NCBI GenBank assembly: GCA_028285585.1
Contig: JANQOU010000002.1
Coordinates: 203,263 to 267,262, forward strand
DNA: 64,000 bases
From: Acidimicrobiia bacterium
GTDB lineage: Bacteria > Actinomycetota > Acidimicrobiia > Spongiisociales > ZC4RG35
Reading direction: 5' to 3'
This document shows positions 8,550 to 18,965 of this stretch, piece after piece (positions within the stretch are counted from its first letter, which is position 1; every line of letters starts with the position of its first letter). Position numbers and translations under genes: made by a program. The notes under the pieces are model-generated. The model made no database searches. It was not told the origin of the DNA and saw only the letters and a list, made by a program, of their open reading frames with translations.

Positions 8550-9530
8550 ATGACGAAATTCGCCTACTTCGCCGGCCATGAGCAATGGCAGCCGGAAGAG
8601 CTGGTGGAGCACGCCGTGCTCGCCGAAAAAGCCGGGTTCGACATGGTGGTTGTCTCCGAGCACTTCCACCCCTGGGTTGACGACGCGTCGGCGTCGGGCT
8701 TCGCCTTCTCGACCATCGGAGCTATGGCCGCCGCCACCAAGAGCCTCGAGTTCACCACCGGTGTCACCACTCCCCTGTTTCGCTATCACCCGGGTGTAGT
8801 GGCGCAAGCCGCGGCCACTCTCGACCGACTCTCGGGCGGCAGGTTCAACCTCGGTGTGGGCACGGGTGAAAACATCAATGAGGGGCCCCTCGGCTACGAG
8901 TTCCCCAACTATGCCGAGAGGAACGCTCGGATGACCGAGTCGCTGGAGATAATGCGAAGGCTCCTCGACGGCGAGAAGCTCTCTTTCGACGGTGACTACT
9001 ACACGACCGATCGAGCCAAGCTCTACTCGCCTCCCATCGGAGCCGTCCCGATCCTGATGGCAGCGGGCGGGCCGAAGTCGGCGACCTTGGCCGGCCAGCG
9101 TGCGCAGGGCGTGATCACCTCGGTCAAAGATCCCGCCGAGACCTTCGAGCGAGTCATCGATCCACTCCGCGCAGCCGCCAACGACACCGGCAACCCAGAT
9201 CCGATAGTCCTTGCCACTCGCTGGTCGCTGTTCGCTGCCGACGAGGAAGAGGCGTGGGAGGCGTTGTTCTCCTGGAGAGGCTTGAGAGCACCCGGCCGTC
9301 TCGAAGCTGTCGACCCTCAGACTCTTCGAGAGCGGGCCGACGAGCTGCCCCGGGAGGAAGTGCTCGGCAGGTACAGCCTGGTGAACAGTGTCGACGACAT
9401 CGTTGAGACCTACCGGCCGCTAGTCGACGTCGTGGGTGCCGACATCGTCACGTTCCAGATGGCGTCACTTGATCAACCGGCGCTGATCGAACTTCTCGGA
9501 ACCGAGGTGGTGCCGAGGCTGAGGGGCTAG
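8550..9530 (+). CDS. Luciferase-like monooxygenase (LLM) class, F420-dependent-type oxidoreductase
   Basis: GFDMVVVSEHFH, GGRFNLGVGTG...EF and the LLM TIM-barrel pattern. Confidence 0.75.
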   Translation: MTKFAYFAGHEQWQPEELVEHAVLAEKAGFDMVVVSEHFHPWVDDASASGFAFSTIGAMAAATKSLEFTTGVTTPLFRYHPGVVAQAAATLDRLSGGRFNLGVGTGENINEGPLGYEFPNYAERNARMTESLEIMRRLLDGEKLSFDGDYYTTDRAKLYSPPIGAVPILMAAGGPKSATLAGQRAQGVITSVKDPAETFERVIDPLRAAANDTGNPDPIVLATRWSLFAADEEEAWEALFSWRGLRAPGRLEAVDPQTLRERADELPREEVLGRYSLVNSVDDIVETYRPLVDVVGADIVTFQMASLDQPALIELLGTEVVPRLRG

Positions 9531-10192
9531 CTGACCCTCGTGATCAACTCGACCAGTCGGATCAAGTTCTGAATCGACTGAGGGTTCAGCTCCGGCTGCT
9601 TGGCGGCGACGAGAAGTGAGGGCACGATCGTCTTCAACTCGTCGAGTATCTGGAGTGACTCGTCGCTGCTCACGTCGATTAGACGCTCCACAGGCCGGAT
9701 CATCTTGTCGGCCAGCCCGGCACCGAAGCTGGCGAATAGATCAACACGATGGCCGTCGATGTCGCGTGTGAACAGAGTCCGTTGGCTTCCGTCCAAGACG
9801 GTGACCGTCACCGGGTGAAAGGTGACATCGCCCTCGACGAACGGTTCGCCGACGGTGGCCTCGATGCCGTCAGAGAAGAACACACCGGCTCCTTGGGCAA
9901 ATCCGGCCCAGAAGTTGGCCACCACCACCTGCTCGTGGGATTCCAGGGCTGCCGCCACATCTGAGAACGAGGCACCCTCCAACAGCGACGCCATCGCAGC
10001 CTGGCCAGGGACCGCGAGATGGCTGGCGCTGTCGAAGTCTCCCGCGGCCACCGCCGTCGCTATCTGACTCACCGCCTGGGTCGGTGATTCGGCACCTTGG
10101 CCGGTGCCTCTTGGCGCAGGCTCATCGGAGCCCTGGCACGCCGTGAGCAATAGGGCGGCCAACGCCGCGTAGCTAAACGCTCGGCGCCACAT
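9527..10192 (-). CDS. Lipoprotein, hypothetical
   Basis: Signal peptide and lipobox LLLTACQGS. Confidence 0.4.
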   Translation of the reverse strand: MWRRAFSYAALAALLLTACQGSDEPAPRGTGQGAESPTQAVSQIATAVAAGDFDSASHLAVPGQAAMASLLEGASFSDVAAALESHEQVVVANFWAGFAQGAGVFFSDGIEATVGEPFVEGDVTFHPVTVTVLDGSQRTLFTRDIDGHRVDLFASFGAGLADKMIRPVERLIDVSSDESLQILDELKTIVPSLLVAAKQPELNPQSIQNLIRLVELITRVS

Positions 10193-10712
10193 GATCAGGA
10201 AGACGCCCGTTCTCGATCACCTTTTGTCTCCGCTCTTTGCTGCTCAACCCAAGAGCAAACCAGAGCCAAACGAGATACGACAGCCCGGCAAGCTCCTTCA
10301 CCCATCTCCAAGGATCAGAAAACGCACGCTCCCAGGCGAGAGACCAGTACTGGGCCTCGCCGACAGGAATGTCCAAGCCGAAGAAGGGCCACAGGAACAC
10401 CTCTTGGCTGACCCACATCCCGTCGAGCAGCAGGTGGAAGAGCCAGCCGACGCCAACCGCCATCCACGCTCTCCTTCTCCTCCCCCGCCTAGTGGCGAGC
10501 AACACGACTGTCATATAGATGGTGGGTGCCAGAAGCGAGTGCATCCACAACTCACCCGTCGAGAATCGATCAACAAGGGCCAGAGTGCCGATAGGGAGAT
10601 CGATCAGGTCGGGCAGCACCGCACCAGCGAGTAAGAACCTGACGTCGACCTTTGGGTCACGAAAGATCCAACGGAAGAGCCAGAGCGTGGCACCAAGATG
10701 CCAGAACAGCAT
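10173..10712 (-). CDS. Integral membrane protein, possibly a DUF457/YdjM-like membrane-bound metal-dependent hydrolase
   Basis: 4-5 TM helices with His/Asp residues in the loops. Weak resemblance only. Confidence 0.4.
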   Translation of the reverse strand: MLFWHLGATLWLFRWIFRDPKVDVRFLLAGAVLPDLIDLPIGTLALVDRFSTGELWMHSLLAPTIYMTVVLLATRRGRRRRAWMAVGVGWLFHLLLDGMWVSQEVFLWPFFGLDIPVGEAQYWSLAWERAFSDPWRWVKELAGLSYLVWLWFALGLSSKERRQKVIENGRLPDHVAPSV

Positions 10713-10715
10713 TGG

Positions 10716-11423
10716 TCAGGCGACAAGGAGACGCCGACAGTGGACACACCTCGGCATCTCTTGGCTGAACGCCTCGTCCCGCTCGGCGGGCGACAGGGTC
10801 ATGTGACAACCGCCACAAACTCCGTGATCGAAGCTCGCCACGGCCACACCTTCTTTGATCCGTCGCAGCTTCTCGTACAACTCGAGGAGCTCGGCTCCAA
10901 CGGGGGACATGGCCTCTTGCTTGCGTTCCTCTTTGCGCGCCAACTCGGCGTCGATCTTCTTCCATTGCGCTTTGATCGATGACTCCAACTCGGCCTTGGC
11001 TTCGTTAAGGGAGGAGATGCGGGTTTCAAGGTCTTTCACCGCTTCGCGAGCCGGGTCGATGCCTTCGAGCATCTGGAGCACCTTCTCTTCCATCGTCTCT
11101 CGCTGCCCTTTGAGGCTCTGCACTTCGAGACGCATGTGCTCGGTCTCCCGGGCACTCATCCCGCCGGCGAACAACCGGGTCTCGTGCTCGTCGAGCTTCA
11201 CTTCGAGCAACTCCAGCTCACCCTCTGACTTGTCGAGACTCAGCTCCAAGTCTTTGAGCTTGGAAGCTTCGGTCTCGCGCTGCTCTTCGAGAGCCACAGC
11301 CTCCTCGTGAGCCTCCTTGTATTCGGCCAGCTCAGGCAGGTTCTGGCGCTCTTCGAGAAGACGATCGATCTGAAGATCGAGAGCCTGAACATCGAGCAGA
11401 TCGGCGAGACTCACCAGTTCCAT
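10716..11423 (-). CDS. C4-type zinc-ribbon coiled-coil protein (COG1579/DUF164)
   Basis: Long coiled coil with a C-terminal CGGCHMTLSPAERDEAFSQEMPRCVHC ribbon. The start is set at MELVSLADLLDVQALDLQ. Confidence 0.7.
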   Translation of the reverse strand: MELVSLADLLDVQALDLQIDRLLEERQNLPELAEYKEAHEEAVALEEQRETEASKLKDLELSLDKSEGELELLEVKLDEHETRLFAGGMSARETEHMRLEVQSLKGQRETMEEKVLQMLEGIDPAREAVKDLETRISSLNEAKAELESSIKAQWKKIDAELARKEERKQEAMSPVGAELLELYEKLRRIKEGVAVASFDHGVCGGCHMTLSPAERDEAFSQEMPRCVHCRRLLVA

Positions 11424-11448
11424 GAGTGGCGGGAGAGTAGTGGGGTGC

Positions 11449-12225
11449 TCAAGCCCAAGTTTCGGGGTCGATGTCGGTGAGATCGACAGCGACCACCTGA
11501 TCCGACTCGGAGACCATCTCGTACAGAGCCCCGATGCCAGGGCGTTCCGTGGCGATGTGGCCGGGATCGACAACGGCGAGACCGAGATCACGGGCCAGAA
11601 CCACACGATGATGGCCGACGTCGCCCGTCACCAACGCATCGGCTCGCTCCGCGGCGGCCTCGATGAGTGAAGATCCCGATCCAGGCACCACGGCCAGACG
11701 CTCAACCGCCCGTTTGGGGTTACCGCTGACCCGCAGGCCGGACACTCCGAACGCATCGGTTGCCAACGCATCCACGGCGGCAAGCGTCCCCTCAAAGTCC
11801 CCAACCCGTCCGATCTCGGGCTCGTCAGGGTCGGCTCCGAAAGAGTCCACCTCACGGAGCTTGAACAACGCCGCCAGCTTGTCGGCCATACCACCGGGCG
11901 CCACGTCGAAGTCGGTGTGCGTGACCAGCAAGCCGACACCCATCTGGATCAGCTGAAAGGCCCGCGCTTGCGGCGACCGGCCGGAGAGGATCCGGTTGGT
12001 TTTGGCGAAGAGCAGCGGGTGGTAGGTGACCAGCAGGTCGACTCCGTTTGCCTCCAGCTCGGAAATCACCTCCTCGGTGACCTCGTGGCAAACGGCCACG
12101 GTCTCAACCTCGGCGGACGGGTCACCGAGTTGAAGACCGACCGGGTCCCAGTCGGCCGCCTTCTCGGGGTTCGTACGGGAGGCAAGCCAAGTTGCGAAGT
12201 CGGCAACGGTGGTCACGCGTCTCAT
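11449..12225 (-). CDS. Nif3-family dinuclear metal centre protein (YqfO/YbgI)
   Basis: LLVTYHPLLF, VVPGSGSS and GHIATERPG motifs. It is the conserved neighbour of the COG1579 gene. Confidence 0.8.
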   Translation of the reverse strand: MRRVTTVADFATWLASRTNPEKAADWDPVGLQLGDPSAEVETVAVCHEVTEEVISELEANGVDLLVTYHPLLFAKTNRILSGRSPQARAFQLIQMGVGLLVTHTDFDVAPGGMADKLAALFKLREVDSFGADPDEPEIGRVGDFEGTLAAVDALATDAFGVSGLRVSGNPKRAVERLAVVPGSGSSLIEAAAERADALVTGDVGHHRVVLARDLGLAVVDPGHIATERPGIGALYEMVSESDQVVAVDLTDIDPETWA

Positions 12226-12290
12226 CGTAGGCTGACGTGATGGACCTCTCCGCCGCTGCCGAATGGAGACCACCCGCATCTTGGGAGCGG

Positions 12291-13274
12291 ATGACGGTGA
12301 TCGACGCCCACACGGGTGGCGAGCCGTTCCGGATCGTGATCGACGGGCTTCCCGAGATACCAGGGAACACGGTCCTCGACCGTCGTCGCTATGCCTTGGA
12401 GAACCTGGACCACCTGCGGCGGGCCACGATGTGGGAGCCCCGCGGCCACGCCGACATGTATGGCGGATGGGTGGGCCCTCCCGTCGAGGAAGACAGTGAC
12501 CTCTCAGTTCTCTTCCTCCACAACGAGGGATTCTCCACGATGTGCGGGCACGGAATCATCGCCTTGACCACCGCCCTGTTGGATCTCGGGATCGTCGCCA
12601 GGAGCGAGACCGACCAGACCTTGAAGATCGACACACCAGCCGGCCGGATCACCGCCACGGCGAAGATCAACGACGGCCGAGTCGAGACGGTGAGCTTCCT
12701 CAATGTCGCCTCGTTTGTTGTCGCCACCGACGCGACGGCCGACGTGCAGACGCTGGGAGAAGTGACCTACGACCTTGCCTTCGGTGGTGGCTTTTACGCC
12801 TACGTGGATGCCGCTTCTGTCGGTGTGGATCTTTCCGATACGTCCGCGCTGATCGCAGAAGGACGACGCATCAAGACCGCTGTAGGGGGAACGACAAAGA
12901 TCTCACATCCCGAGCACCCGGATCTCGGGTTTCTCTACGGCGTGATCTTCACCGGCGCAGCTAAGGATGCGGGCAACCACAGCCGCAACGTCTGCGTGTT
13001 TGCAGATGGCGAGATCGACCGCTCGCCGACGGGCACCGGGGTGTCGGGACGGCTTGCCCTGCTTCATCACCGTGGCGAGATCGGACTTGGCGACAAGGTG
13101 ACGATCGAGTCGATCACTGGAAGCACCTTCGAAGGCAGCGCCAGTGCGAAGACGACTGTGGGCGGTATCCCGGCGATCATCCCAGAGGTAACGGGCACCG
13201 CGGCGATCCTGGGAAGGTCGGAGTACTGGTTCGACCCGGACGACAAGATCGGGAAGGGCTTTCTTCTCCGATAG
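12291..13274 (+). CDS. Proline racemase-family enzyme of the Cys/Thr type, likely a trans-3-hydroxy-L-proline dehydratase
   Basis: STMCGHG supplies the first catalytic Cys. The second catalytic position is Thr (SPTGTGVSG). An alternative start lies at 12237. Confidence 0.75.
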   Translation: MTVIDAHTGGEPFRIVIDGLPEIPGNTVLDRRRYALENLDHLRRATMWEPRGHADMYGGWVGPPVEEDSDLSVLFLHNEGFSTMCGHGIIALTTALLDLGIVARSETDQTLKIDTPAGRITATAKINDGRVETVSFLNVASFVVATDATADVQTLGEVTYDLAFGGGFYAYVDAASVGVDLSDTSALIAEGRRIKTAVGGTTKISHPEHPDLGFLYGVIFTGAAKDAGNHSRNVCVFADGEIDRSPTGTGVSGRLALLHHRGEIGLGDKVTIESITGSTFEGSASAKTTVGGIPAIIPEVTGTAAILGRSEYWFDPDDKIGKGFLLR

Positions 13275-13280
13275 CGCAGG

Positions 13281-14018
13281 TCACATGACCTGGGTCAAGC
13301 CTCCATCAATGACCATCACGTCACCGGTCACGTAACTGTTTGTCACCATCGCCATGACTCCCGCGGCGATGTCATCGGGTGTCGCCGATCGGCGGAGCGG
13401 GGCATGCTCGGCCACCTGGCGATGCATCTCATCCCAGTCTTCGGTCCATGGGGTGGCTACCAGGCCAGGTGCGATCGCGTTGACCCGCACCGGCCCGACG
13501 GACTTGGCCAAAAGCACCGTCATCTGATTGAGCGCCGCCTTCGACATCGAATAGGCGATGGATGAGCCGATAGGCCGGACACCTGCGACCGACGTCACGT
13601 TGACCACGTTCCCGTCTGGAGACTCGCTCAGTAGCGGGATTGCCAGCTTGGTCAGGTTCCAGGTGCCGAACACGTTGACTTCGAAGGTTCGACGAAAGAT
13701 CTCATCGGTCAGAGCTTCGAGGTCGTGGTGCGGGATCGAGGTCGTCCAACCGGCGTTGTTCACCAGGATGTCCAGCCGTCCGAATTGTGCGACCGTCTCA
13801 TCGACGAGTCGGGAGCAGTCGTCTTCATTCGAAATGTCCGCCTGGACGTAGAGGGCATCGCCCGGCAACGCATCGGCTACTTGCCGACCCTGAGTGACTG
13901 ACGTGGCTGAGTTGACGACCACGCTGGCACCTGCCTCCGACAGCCGCTGAGCTGTCGCCTCTCCGATTCCACTGGACGATCCCGTGACCAGGGCGACATG
14001 TCCGCTGATGTTCGACAT
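13281..14018 (-). CDS. Short-chain dehydrogenase/reductase (SDR)
   Basis: VALVTGSSSGIG (TGxxxGxG), NNAG and YSMSKAAL (YxxxK). Confidence 0.9.
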   Translation of the reverse strand: MSNISGHVALVTGSSSGIGEATAQRLSEAGASVVVNSATSVTQGRQVADALPGDALYVQADISNEDDCSRLVDETVAQFGRLDILVNNAGWTTSIPHHDLEALTDEIFRRTFEVNVFGTWNLTKLAIPLLSESPDGNVVNVTSVAGVRPIGSSIAYSMSKAALNQMTVLLAKSVGPVRVNAIAPGLVATPWTEDWDEMHRQVAEHAPLRRSATPDDIAAGVMAMVTNSYVTGDVMVIDGGLTQVM

Positions 14019-14035
14019 TGGGCCAACATAGAGAG

Positions 14036-15481
14036 ATGTCAACCGGTCTGTCCCGTGTCGTCGTCTTCGTGACGTCGGCTGCCGTGCTCGTGATCGAGAT
14101 ACTGGCGGTCCGCCTGGTTGCGCCGTACCTCGGCGTTTCCCTCGAGACCTTCACAGGAGTGATCGGCGTGATTCTTGCCGGCATCGCGTTTGGGGCATGG
14201 GCAGGGGGGCGAGCGGCCGATCGGCGCCCACCGGCCGGCTTGCTGGGCCCGCTTCTCGTCGTGAGCGGGATCCTTGCCCTGGTCTCGCCTCTGATCGTCG
14301 ACGGCCTCGGTCCGTCCATCGGCGCCGACGCAGCATCGATAGTCGTCCTGACGTTCTTCTCGTTCTTCGCACCTGCAGCGGCGCTCTCTGCGGTGCCTCC
14401 GGTCATCGTCAAGATCCAGCTGGCGTCGATCGAAGAAACCGGCTCGGTCGTCGGCTCCTACTCCGCCGTTGGCACGGTGGGTGCCTTGTTCGGGACGTTC
14501 GTCACCGGGTTCGTGCTCATCGCCGCCTTTCCGACACGTCCGATGGTCGCCGTGTTGGGCGCTCTGCTGATCGTTGGCGGAGTGACGCTGATGTCGACGA
14601 GGCGGCTGTGGGGCCTCACTTCACTAGTCGCCGGCCTCCTCGCGGGATCGGCCATGCTCTTGGCCGGATCACCCTGCGACTACGAGACCACCTACCACTG
14701 TACGCTAGTCGAAGAGGACCCTGACCGCCCTGATGGGAAGGTGCTGGTGCTGGACCGGCTTCGCAACAGCTACGTCGACGTCGGCGACCCCACGTATCTC
14801 GAGTTTCGTTACATCAGGACCATGGCCGACATCGTGGATGCAACGTTTGAGGAGCAACCCCTGCGGGTCGTCTCAATCGGAGGTGGTGGCTTCACCTTCC
14901 CCGGCTACGTGGAAGCCACACGTCCTGGCTCCAGCAACGCCGTCTACGAGATCGACGGGGCACTGACCGAGATCGCAATCTCCGAGCTGGCTCTGAGCGA
15001 GTCGATCGATGTGTTCGAGATGGATGCTCGACGCGGGGTCGCATCGGAGGCCTCCGACGGCGCCGACTTGGTAGTCGGTGACGCCTTCTCCGGGGTTTCG
15101 GTGCCGTGGCACCTGACCACGGTCGAGTTCGTCTCGGAGATAGAGCGGGCCTTGACCGATCGGGGTGTCTACGTCATGAACGTCATCGACTACGGGGACT
15201 TCGAGTTCGCCCGCTCCTCGGCGGCAACTCTGAGCGAAGTGTTCTCGACTGTGGTCGTGTTCGCCCCGGAGTCGGTTCTGAGCGACGGTCGTGGCGGCAA
15301 CTTCGTGCTTGCTGCATCGGCATCCGAGATCGATTCCGACTTGATCAGCGGTCTCACGGCGGCGCGAGGTCAGCGTGAGTGGGTGATCCGAGACGAGAGC
15401 CTCACCAGATTCATCGACGGTGCCCTGGTGCTCCGGGACGACTTCGCACCGGTGGATCAGATGCTGGGCAGCAGGTCGTAG
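14036..15481 (+). CDS. Fused polytopic membrane domain plus spermidine/spermine synthase-like aminopropyltransferase domain
   Basis: The N-terminal region of roughly 200 aa has 6-7 TM helices. The C-terminus has VVSIGGGGFTFPGY ... LVVGDAF, a SpeE-like fold. Confidence 0.65.
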   Translation: MSTGLSRVVVFVTSAAVLVIEILAVRLVAPYLGVSLETFTGVIGVILAGIAFGAWAGGRAADRRPPAGLLGPLLVVSGILALVSPLIVDGLGPSIGADAASIVVLTFFSFFAPAAALSAVPPVIVKIQLASIEETGSVVGSYSAVGTVGALFGTFVTGFVLIAAFPTRPMVAVLGALLIVGGVTLMSTRRLWGLTSLVAGLLAGSAMLLAGSPCDYETTYHCTLVEEDPDRPDGKVLVLDRLRNSYVDVGDPTYLEFRYIRTMADIVDATFEEQPLRVVSIGGGGFTFPGYVEATRPGSSNAVYEIDGALTEIAISELALSESIDVFEMDARRGVASEASDGADLVVGDAFSGVSVPWHLTTVEFVSEIERALTDRGVYVMNVIDYGDFEFARSSAATLSEVFSTVVVFAPESVLSDGRGGNFVLAASASEIDSDLISGLTAARGQREWVIRDESLTRFIDGALVLRDDFAPVDQMLGSRS

Positions 15482-15490
15482 ACACGCCGC

Positions 15491-16783
15491 TCAGTCTTCG
15501 ACTGACGCCTCGTCTTTCTCTTCGCCGTAGACGACAACCCAGGTGACCCGACGTCGCAGAGTCTGCTCGACAGTCAGTGCGAAACCATCGACCTCCACCA
15601 CATCGCCTGTGCCGAGAATCCGTCCAGCAGAGGCCATCATCAGGCCCGCCACCGTGTTCCAGTCCCCTTCCGGCACCTCCATCCCCGTCTGACCGAGATC
15701 CTCGACCGGTAGGGAGCCTGCTACTCGCCAAGTCGAGTCGTCGATGCGCTGAAACTCACGCATCGACGGGTCTTCGCTGATACTCCCCAGCAGCTCCTCG
15801 ACGATGTCCTCGATAGTGACAAGGCCGCTGGTCGACCCGTATTCGTCTACGAGCAGTGCGATGTGGGTTCGCTGTGACTGCATGTCGTCTAGAACGCTGG
15901 AGACACTCTTCGACTCGGGGACCAGCAGCGGCGAGATGGCTAAGTCTCTAAGAGTGGCGTGGCCGTCTTCCCTGGCCCGGATCATGTCACGAAGCCGGAC
16001 CACACCGAGGATCGTGTCCAGGCTGTCGTCGTAGATGGGCAGACGCCGGTGACCAGATTTCAGGGCCACGTCGATTGCTTCTTCCAACCCGTCATCGGCC
16101 TCCAGAGCCACGATGTCGGGGCGGGGAACCATGATGTCGTCGGCACGACGGTCGCCGAAGCGGAAAGCGCGCTCTATCAACGCTCGGTCATGACGAGAGA
16201 TCTCACCTTCGGACTCCGCCGTGTGCGCCAGAATCCTCAGCTCCGACTCGGTAATGGTGGGTGCGGTCTCTATCCCCTTGCCTGGCAACTGGATGTCAGC
16301 AAGCCACACAAGAAGGGCAACTACCGGGCGAAGAACGCGTTCAAGAAAGGCCACTGGGGCGGACACCCGCAGGGCGACACTCTCGGCATGCCTGATGGCG
16401 TACGTCTTGGGGATCGCCTCGCTATAGACGAAGAGGACAAACGTGAGCACCACGGAGGCGATGGACACGGCGAAGTCTCCGAACCAGCGTTGGGCGAGGA
16501 TGCCCGTGATGGAAGCAGCCCCGATCTGGGTGACCAGAGCGAGGAGCAAGATCATGTTGAGGACGGACGGCAACCGTTCCAACAATGATCGGAGCCGACC
16601 GGCCCCTGCTACGTCGGTTTCGACGAGCGCCTGAGCCCGGACTTTGTTGACCCGGAGGAGAGATGCCTCGGCGGTCGCGAAGAAGGCTGCGGCCAAGATC
16701 GCCCCCAAAAGGGCGGCGAGTAAGCCAATGTCTCCGTTGGTCATCGTGGGCATTCTCGCAGCACCGGCGACGCTGAGCGACAC
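15491..16783 (-). CDS. CNNM/HlyC-CorC family transporter (DUF21-CBS pair-CorC_HlyC)
   Basis: N-terminal DUF21 TM region, a tandem CBS pair, and a C-terminal CorC domain (VDEYGSTSGLVTIEDIVEEL). Confidence 0.85.
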   Translation of the reverse strand: MSLSVAGAARMPTMTNGDIGLLAALLGAILAAAFFATAEASLLRVNKVRAQALVETDVAGAGRLRSLLERLPSVLNMILLLALVTQIGAASITGILAQRWFGDFAVSIASVVLTFVLFVYSEAIPKTYAIRHAESVALRVSAPVAFLERVLRPVVALLVWLADIQLPGKGIETAPTITESELRILAHTAESEGEISRHDRALIERAFRFGDRRADDIMVPRPDIVALEADDGLEEAIDVALKSGHRRLPIYDDSLDTILGVVRLRDMIRAREDGHATLRDLAISPLLVPESKSVSSVLDDMQSQRTHIALLVDEYGSTSGLVTIEDIVEELLGSISEDPSMREFQRIDDSTWRVAGSLPVEDLGQTGMEVPEGDWNTVAGLMMASAGRILGTGDVVEVDGFALTVEQTLRRRVTWVVVYGEEKDEASVED

Positions 16784-16808
16784 CGATTATGGCGGAAGGT
16801 GACGATTC

Positions 16809-17603
16809 TCAGGCGCGTGCCGTCACGATGTGTGCGGGCGCATCAAAAACCATCTTGCCGTTCGGAGTGACGTACTGGCTGAGTGCCTCCTCGGCCTCGG
16901 TCAGGATCTCGTCGATCAGCGCTTGGTCGAGGTTGACCCCCATCACCGGCAACCAGCCGAGCAAGTCAGCTTCAACCATGGTGCGAACGCTGGGAAACCG
17001 CGCCGTCCCGATGCGAGTTTCCAATGACACCTCGGAAGCTCCGGCCTCTCTGAACAGAGACTCCAACTCTGCGGTGTCACCCAGCACGAACGGTGCGCGC
17101 AGAGCATCGGCTGCGCCCTGACCCGCCATCCGCTGAAGCACGTCGACCGATATCGGGTATGCCGCCGAACGCTCCAAAGCTTCCCACACAGCAACCACGA
17201 CTGGGCCACCGGGTTTGACGCACCGGAGCATCTCGCGAATTGCGCCTACCCGATCCGGGAAGAACATCATCCCGAACTGACTCACCACGGCGTCGAACTC
17301 GTCATCCTCGAAAGGAAGGTCACCGGCGTCTCCTTCCACCCAACGGACGCCCGGCTCGATCGAATTGGCCACCTCGAGCATCCCTGGGCCGATGTCCAAA
17401 CCTGCCACCGCTCCGCCAGAGCCGACCCGGCGATAGGCCTCACGCGCCAGCACTCCGGTGCCACAGGCCACGTCCAAAACAGCGTCGCCGGACTTGACCG
17501 CCGCGATTTCGAGCACGGGATCGACCCATTGTTCGAACAAAGCTCTGACGTGGAGGCCTTCGTAGGCCCATGCCCCTTGAACCGCCGGATCCGAGCTAGT
17601 CAA
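16809..17603 (-). CDS. Class I SAM-dependent methyltransferase
   Basis: VLDVACGTGVLAR (motif I) and FDAVVSQFGMMF. Confidence 0.8.
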   Translation of the reverse strand: MTSSDPAVQGAWAYEGLHVRALFEQWVDPVLEIAAVKSGDAVLDVACGTGVLAREAYRRVGSGGAVAGLDIGPGMLEVANSIEPGVRWVEGDAGDLPFEDDEFDAVVSQFGMMFFPDRVGAIREMLRCVKPGGPVVVAVWEALERSAAYPISVDVLQRMAGQGAADALRAPFVLGDTAELESLFREAGASEVSLETRIGTARFPSVRTMVEADLLGWLPVMGVNLDQALIDEILTEAEEALSQYVTPNGKMVFDAPAHIVTARA

Positions 17604-17840
17604 TGGTTCTCTCCCTCGTCATCAGGACGTTGAGCACCAGACCCACGGTCAAGCCCACACTCAAGAACAGGTAGGGCGAGACTCCCACCGGAAAGCAGTT
17701 GACACTTGGGCATTGCTGATACCAGGGATCGACAAGCCGAGGCACCACAAACGCCATCGCAACTGGCACGACGAGGAGTGTCAGCCGAATAGCTCGGTTC
17801 ACTTGCCTCGTCATCCTCGTGAGCCTACTGAGCCCTTCGG

Positions 17841-18353
17841 CTAGCTATCAGCAAGAAGCTGATCTCGATACCCCCGTAGGGCTCGGTCGTACCCGTCGAG
17901 GTTCGGAGCGCCCGCATCTACCAGAGCGGTCAACGCCTCAGCCATGGCCTCTTGGTGTTGTCCAGACTCGGCCAGAGCTATAGCCAGAAACGCATGGTGA
18001 GCGCTGAAATCGGGATAGTCGGAGATGGCGAGGCGATGGGTTGCCACCGATTCGTCGAGGCGACCAACGTTGCGCAGCGTCGACCCGTAGCCGACGAGGA
18101 ACCGACACCTCTCCTCTGCCGGCACTCCGATAGCCCACGCTTTGTCGTAGTACCGAATCGCACGTTCCTCGCTGCCGTAACGATCGTTGCCATAGGCAGC
18201 TGCCATCTGAGCTTCGACATCTGACGGATTCGAGTCTGCAGCTGACTCGAGAGCTTCCAGTTCTTGATGATCCACAGTCCACTCCTCCCACCTGACACGA
18301 TGACTTCTCCTCATCAGGTTCTTGTCAGGGTACGGATTGCATCGTTTGACCAA
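17841..18353 (-). CDS. TPR-like repeat protein, hypothetical
   Basis: Helical repeat pattern (AIRYYDKAWAIG, AFLAIALAESGQHQEA). Confidence 0.45.
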   Translation of the reverse strand: MVKRCNPYPDKNLMRRSHRVRWEEWTVDHQELEALESAADSNPSDVEAQMAAAYGNDRYGSEERAIRYYDKAWAIGVPAEERCRFLVGYGSTLRNVGRLDESVATHRLAISDYPDFSAHHAFLAIALAESGQHQEAMAEALTALVDAGAPNLDGYDRALRGYRDQLLADS

Positions 18354-18623
18354 CTTCGACTGAGCCCGCCTCGGGTAGTAAATGTGACCTCGTGCCGCCT
18401 GAGTGCCATCACCGCCTCTCAGAACGAGTGGGGCTTGACGATCAGTCAGCCTGGTCTGCCGCTGATTAAGGCGACTTCTAGGCTAAGATACGCCCAGCAA
18501 CGTCCTACACCCTCGGTGTCTTCGTCCGTCGGATGTTGTGACTACATCGACTCCCGCCTCTTCGAGTGCCGGATCGTCTCGTCGGCTCACCGCCAAACCA
18601 CGACGGGTCTTACTCCCTAGGAA

Positions 18624-18884
18624 GTGCAAATGTCCACCAACATCTACGTCGGCAATCTCACATTCGACACCAACAGCGACCAGCTCAGATCGCTCTTCGC
18701 CGAGTATGGCGAGGTCTCTTCGGCCAACGTGATAACAGACCGGGACTCCGGTCGGTCACGTGGCTTTGGCTTCGTCGAAATGGCTTCGAAAGAAGCCGCC
18801 GAGAGCGCAATAGAGGCTTTGAACGGCACAAGTCATGGTGGCCGCCAGCTGACCGTCAACGAGGCCAAACCGAGATCACGGTGA
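18624..18884 (+). CDS. RRM-domain RNA-binding protein (Rbp-type)
   Basis: RNP2 NIYVGNL and RNP1 RGFGFVEM. An untranslated leader of about 270 nt lies upstream. Confidence 0.9.
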   Translation: MQMSTNIYVGNLTFDTNSDQLRSLFAEYGEVSSANVITDRDSGRSRGFGFVEMASKEAAESAIEALNGTSHGGRQLTVNEAKPRSR

Positions 18885-18965
18885 CCGCGCCTGTGACTCG
18901 GAACCACAGATCGTCACATTCGGCCAGAAGCTGACAAGGCCGCTGCCGACAAAGGGAGCACCAAC

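Noticed and set aside
7563-8807. 414-aa minus-strand ORF, plus similar long antisense ORFs (6131..7006, 5644..6180, 50637..51686, 53531..54304)
   Set aside because: Each lies fully antisense to a gene with strong motif support and has low-complexity, Arg/Gly-rich translations typical of GC-rich non-coding frames.
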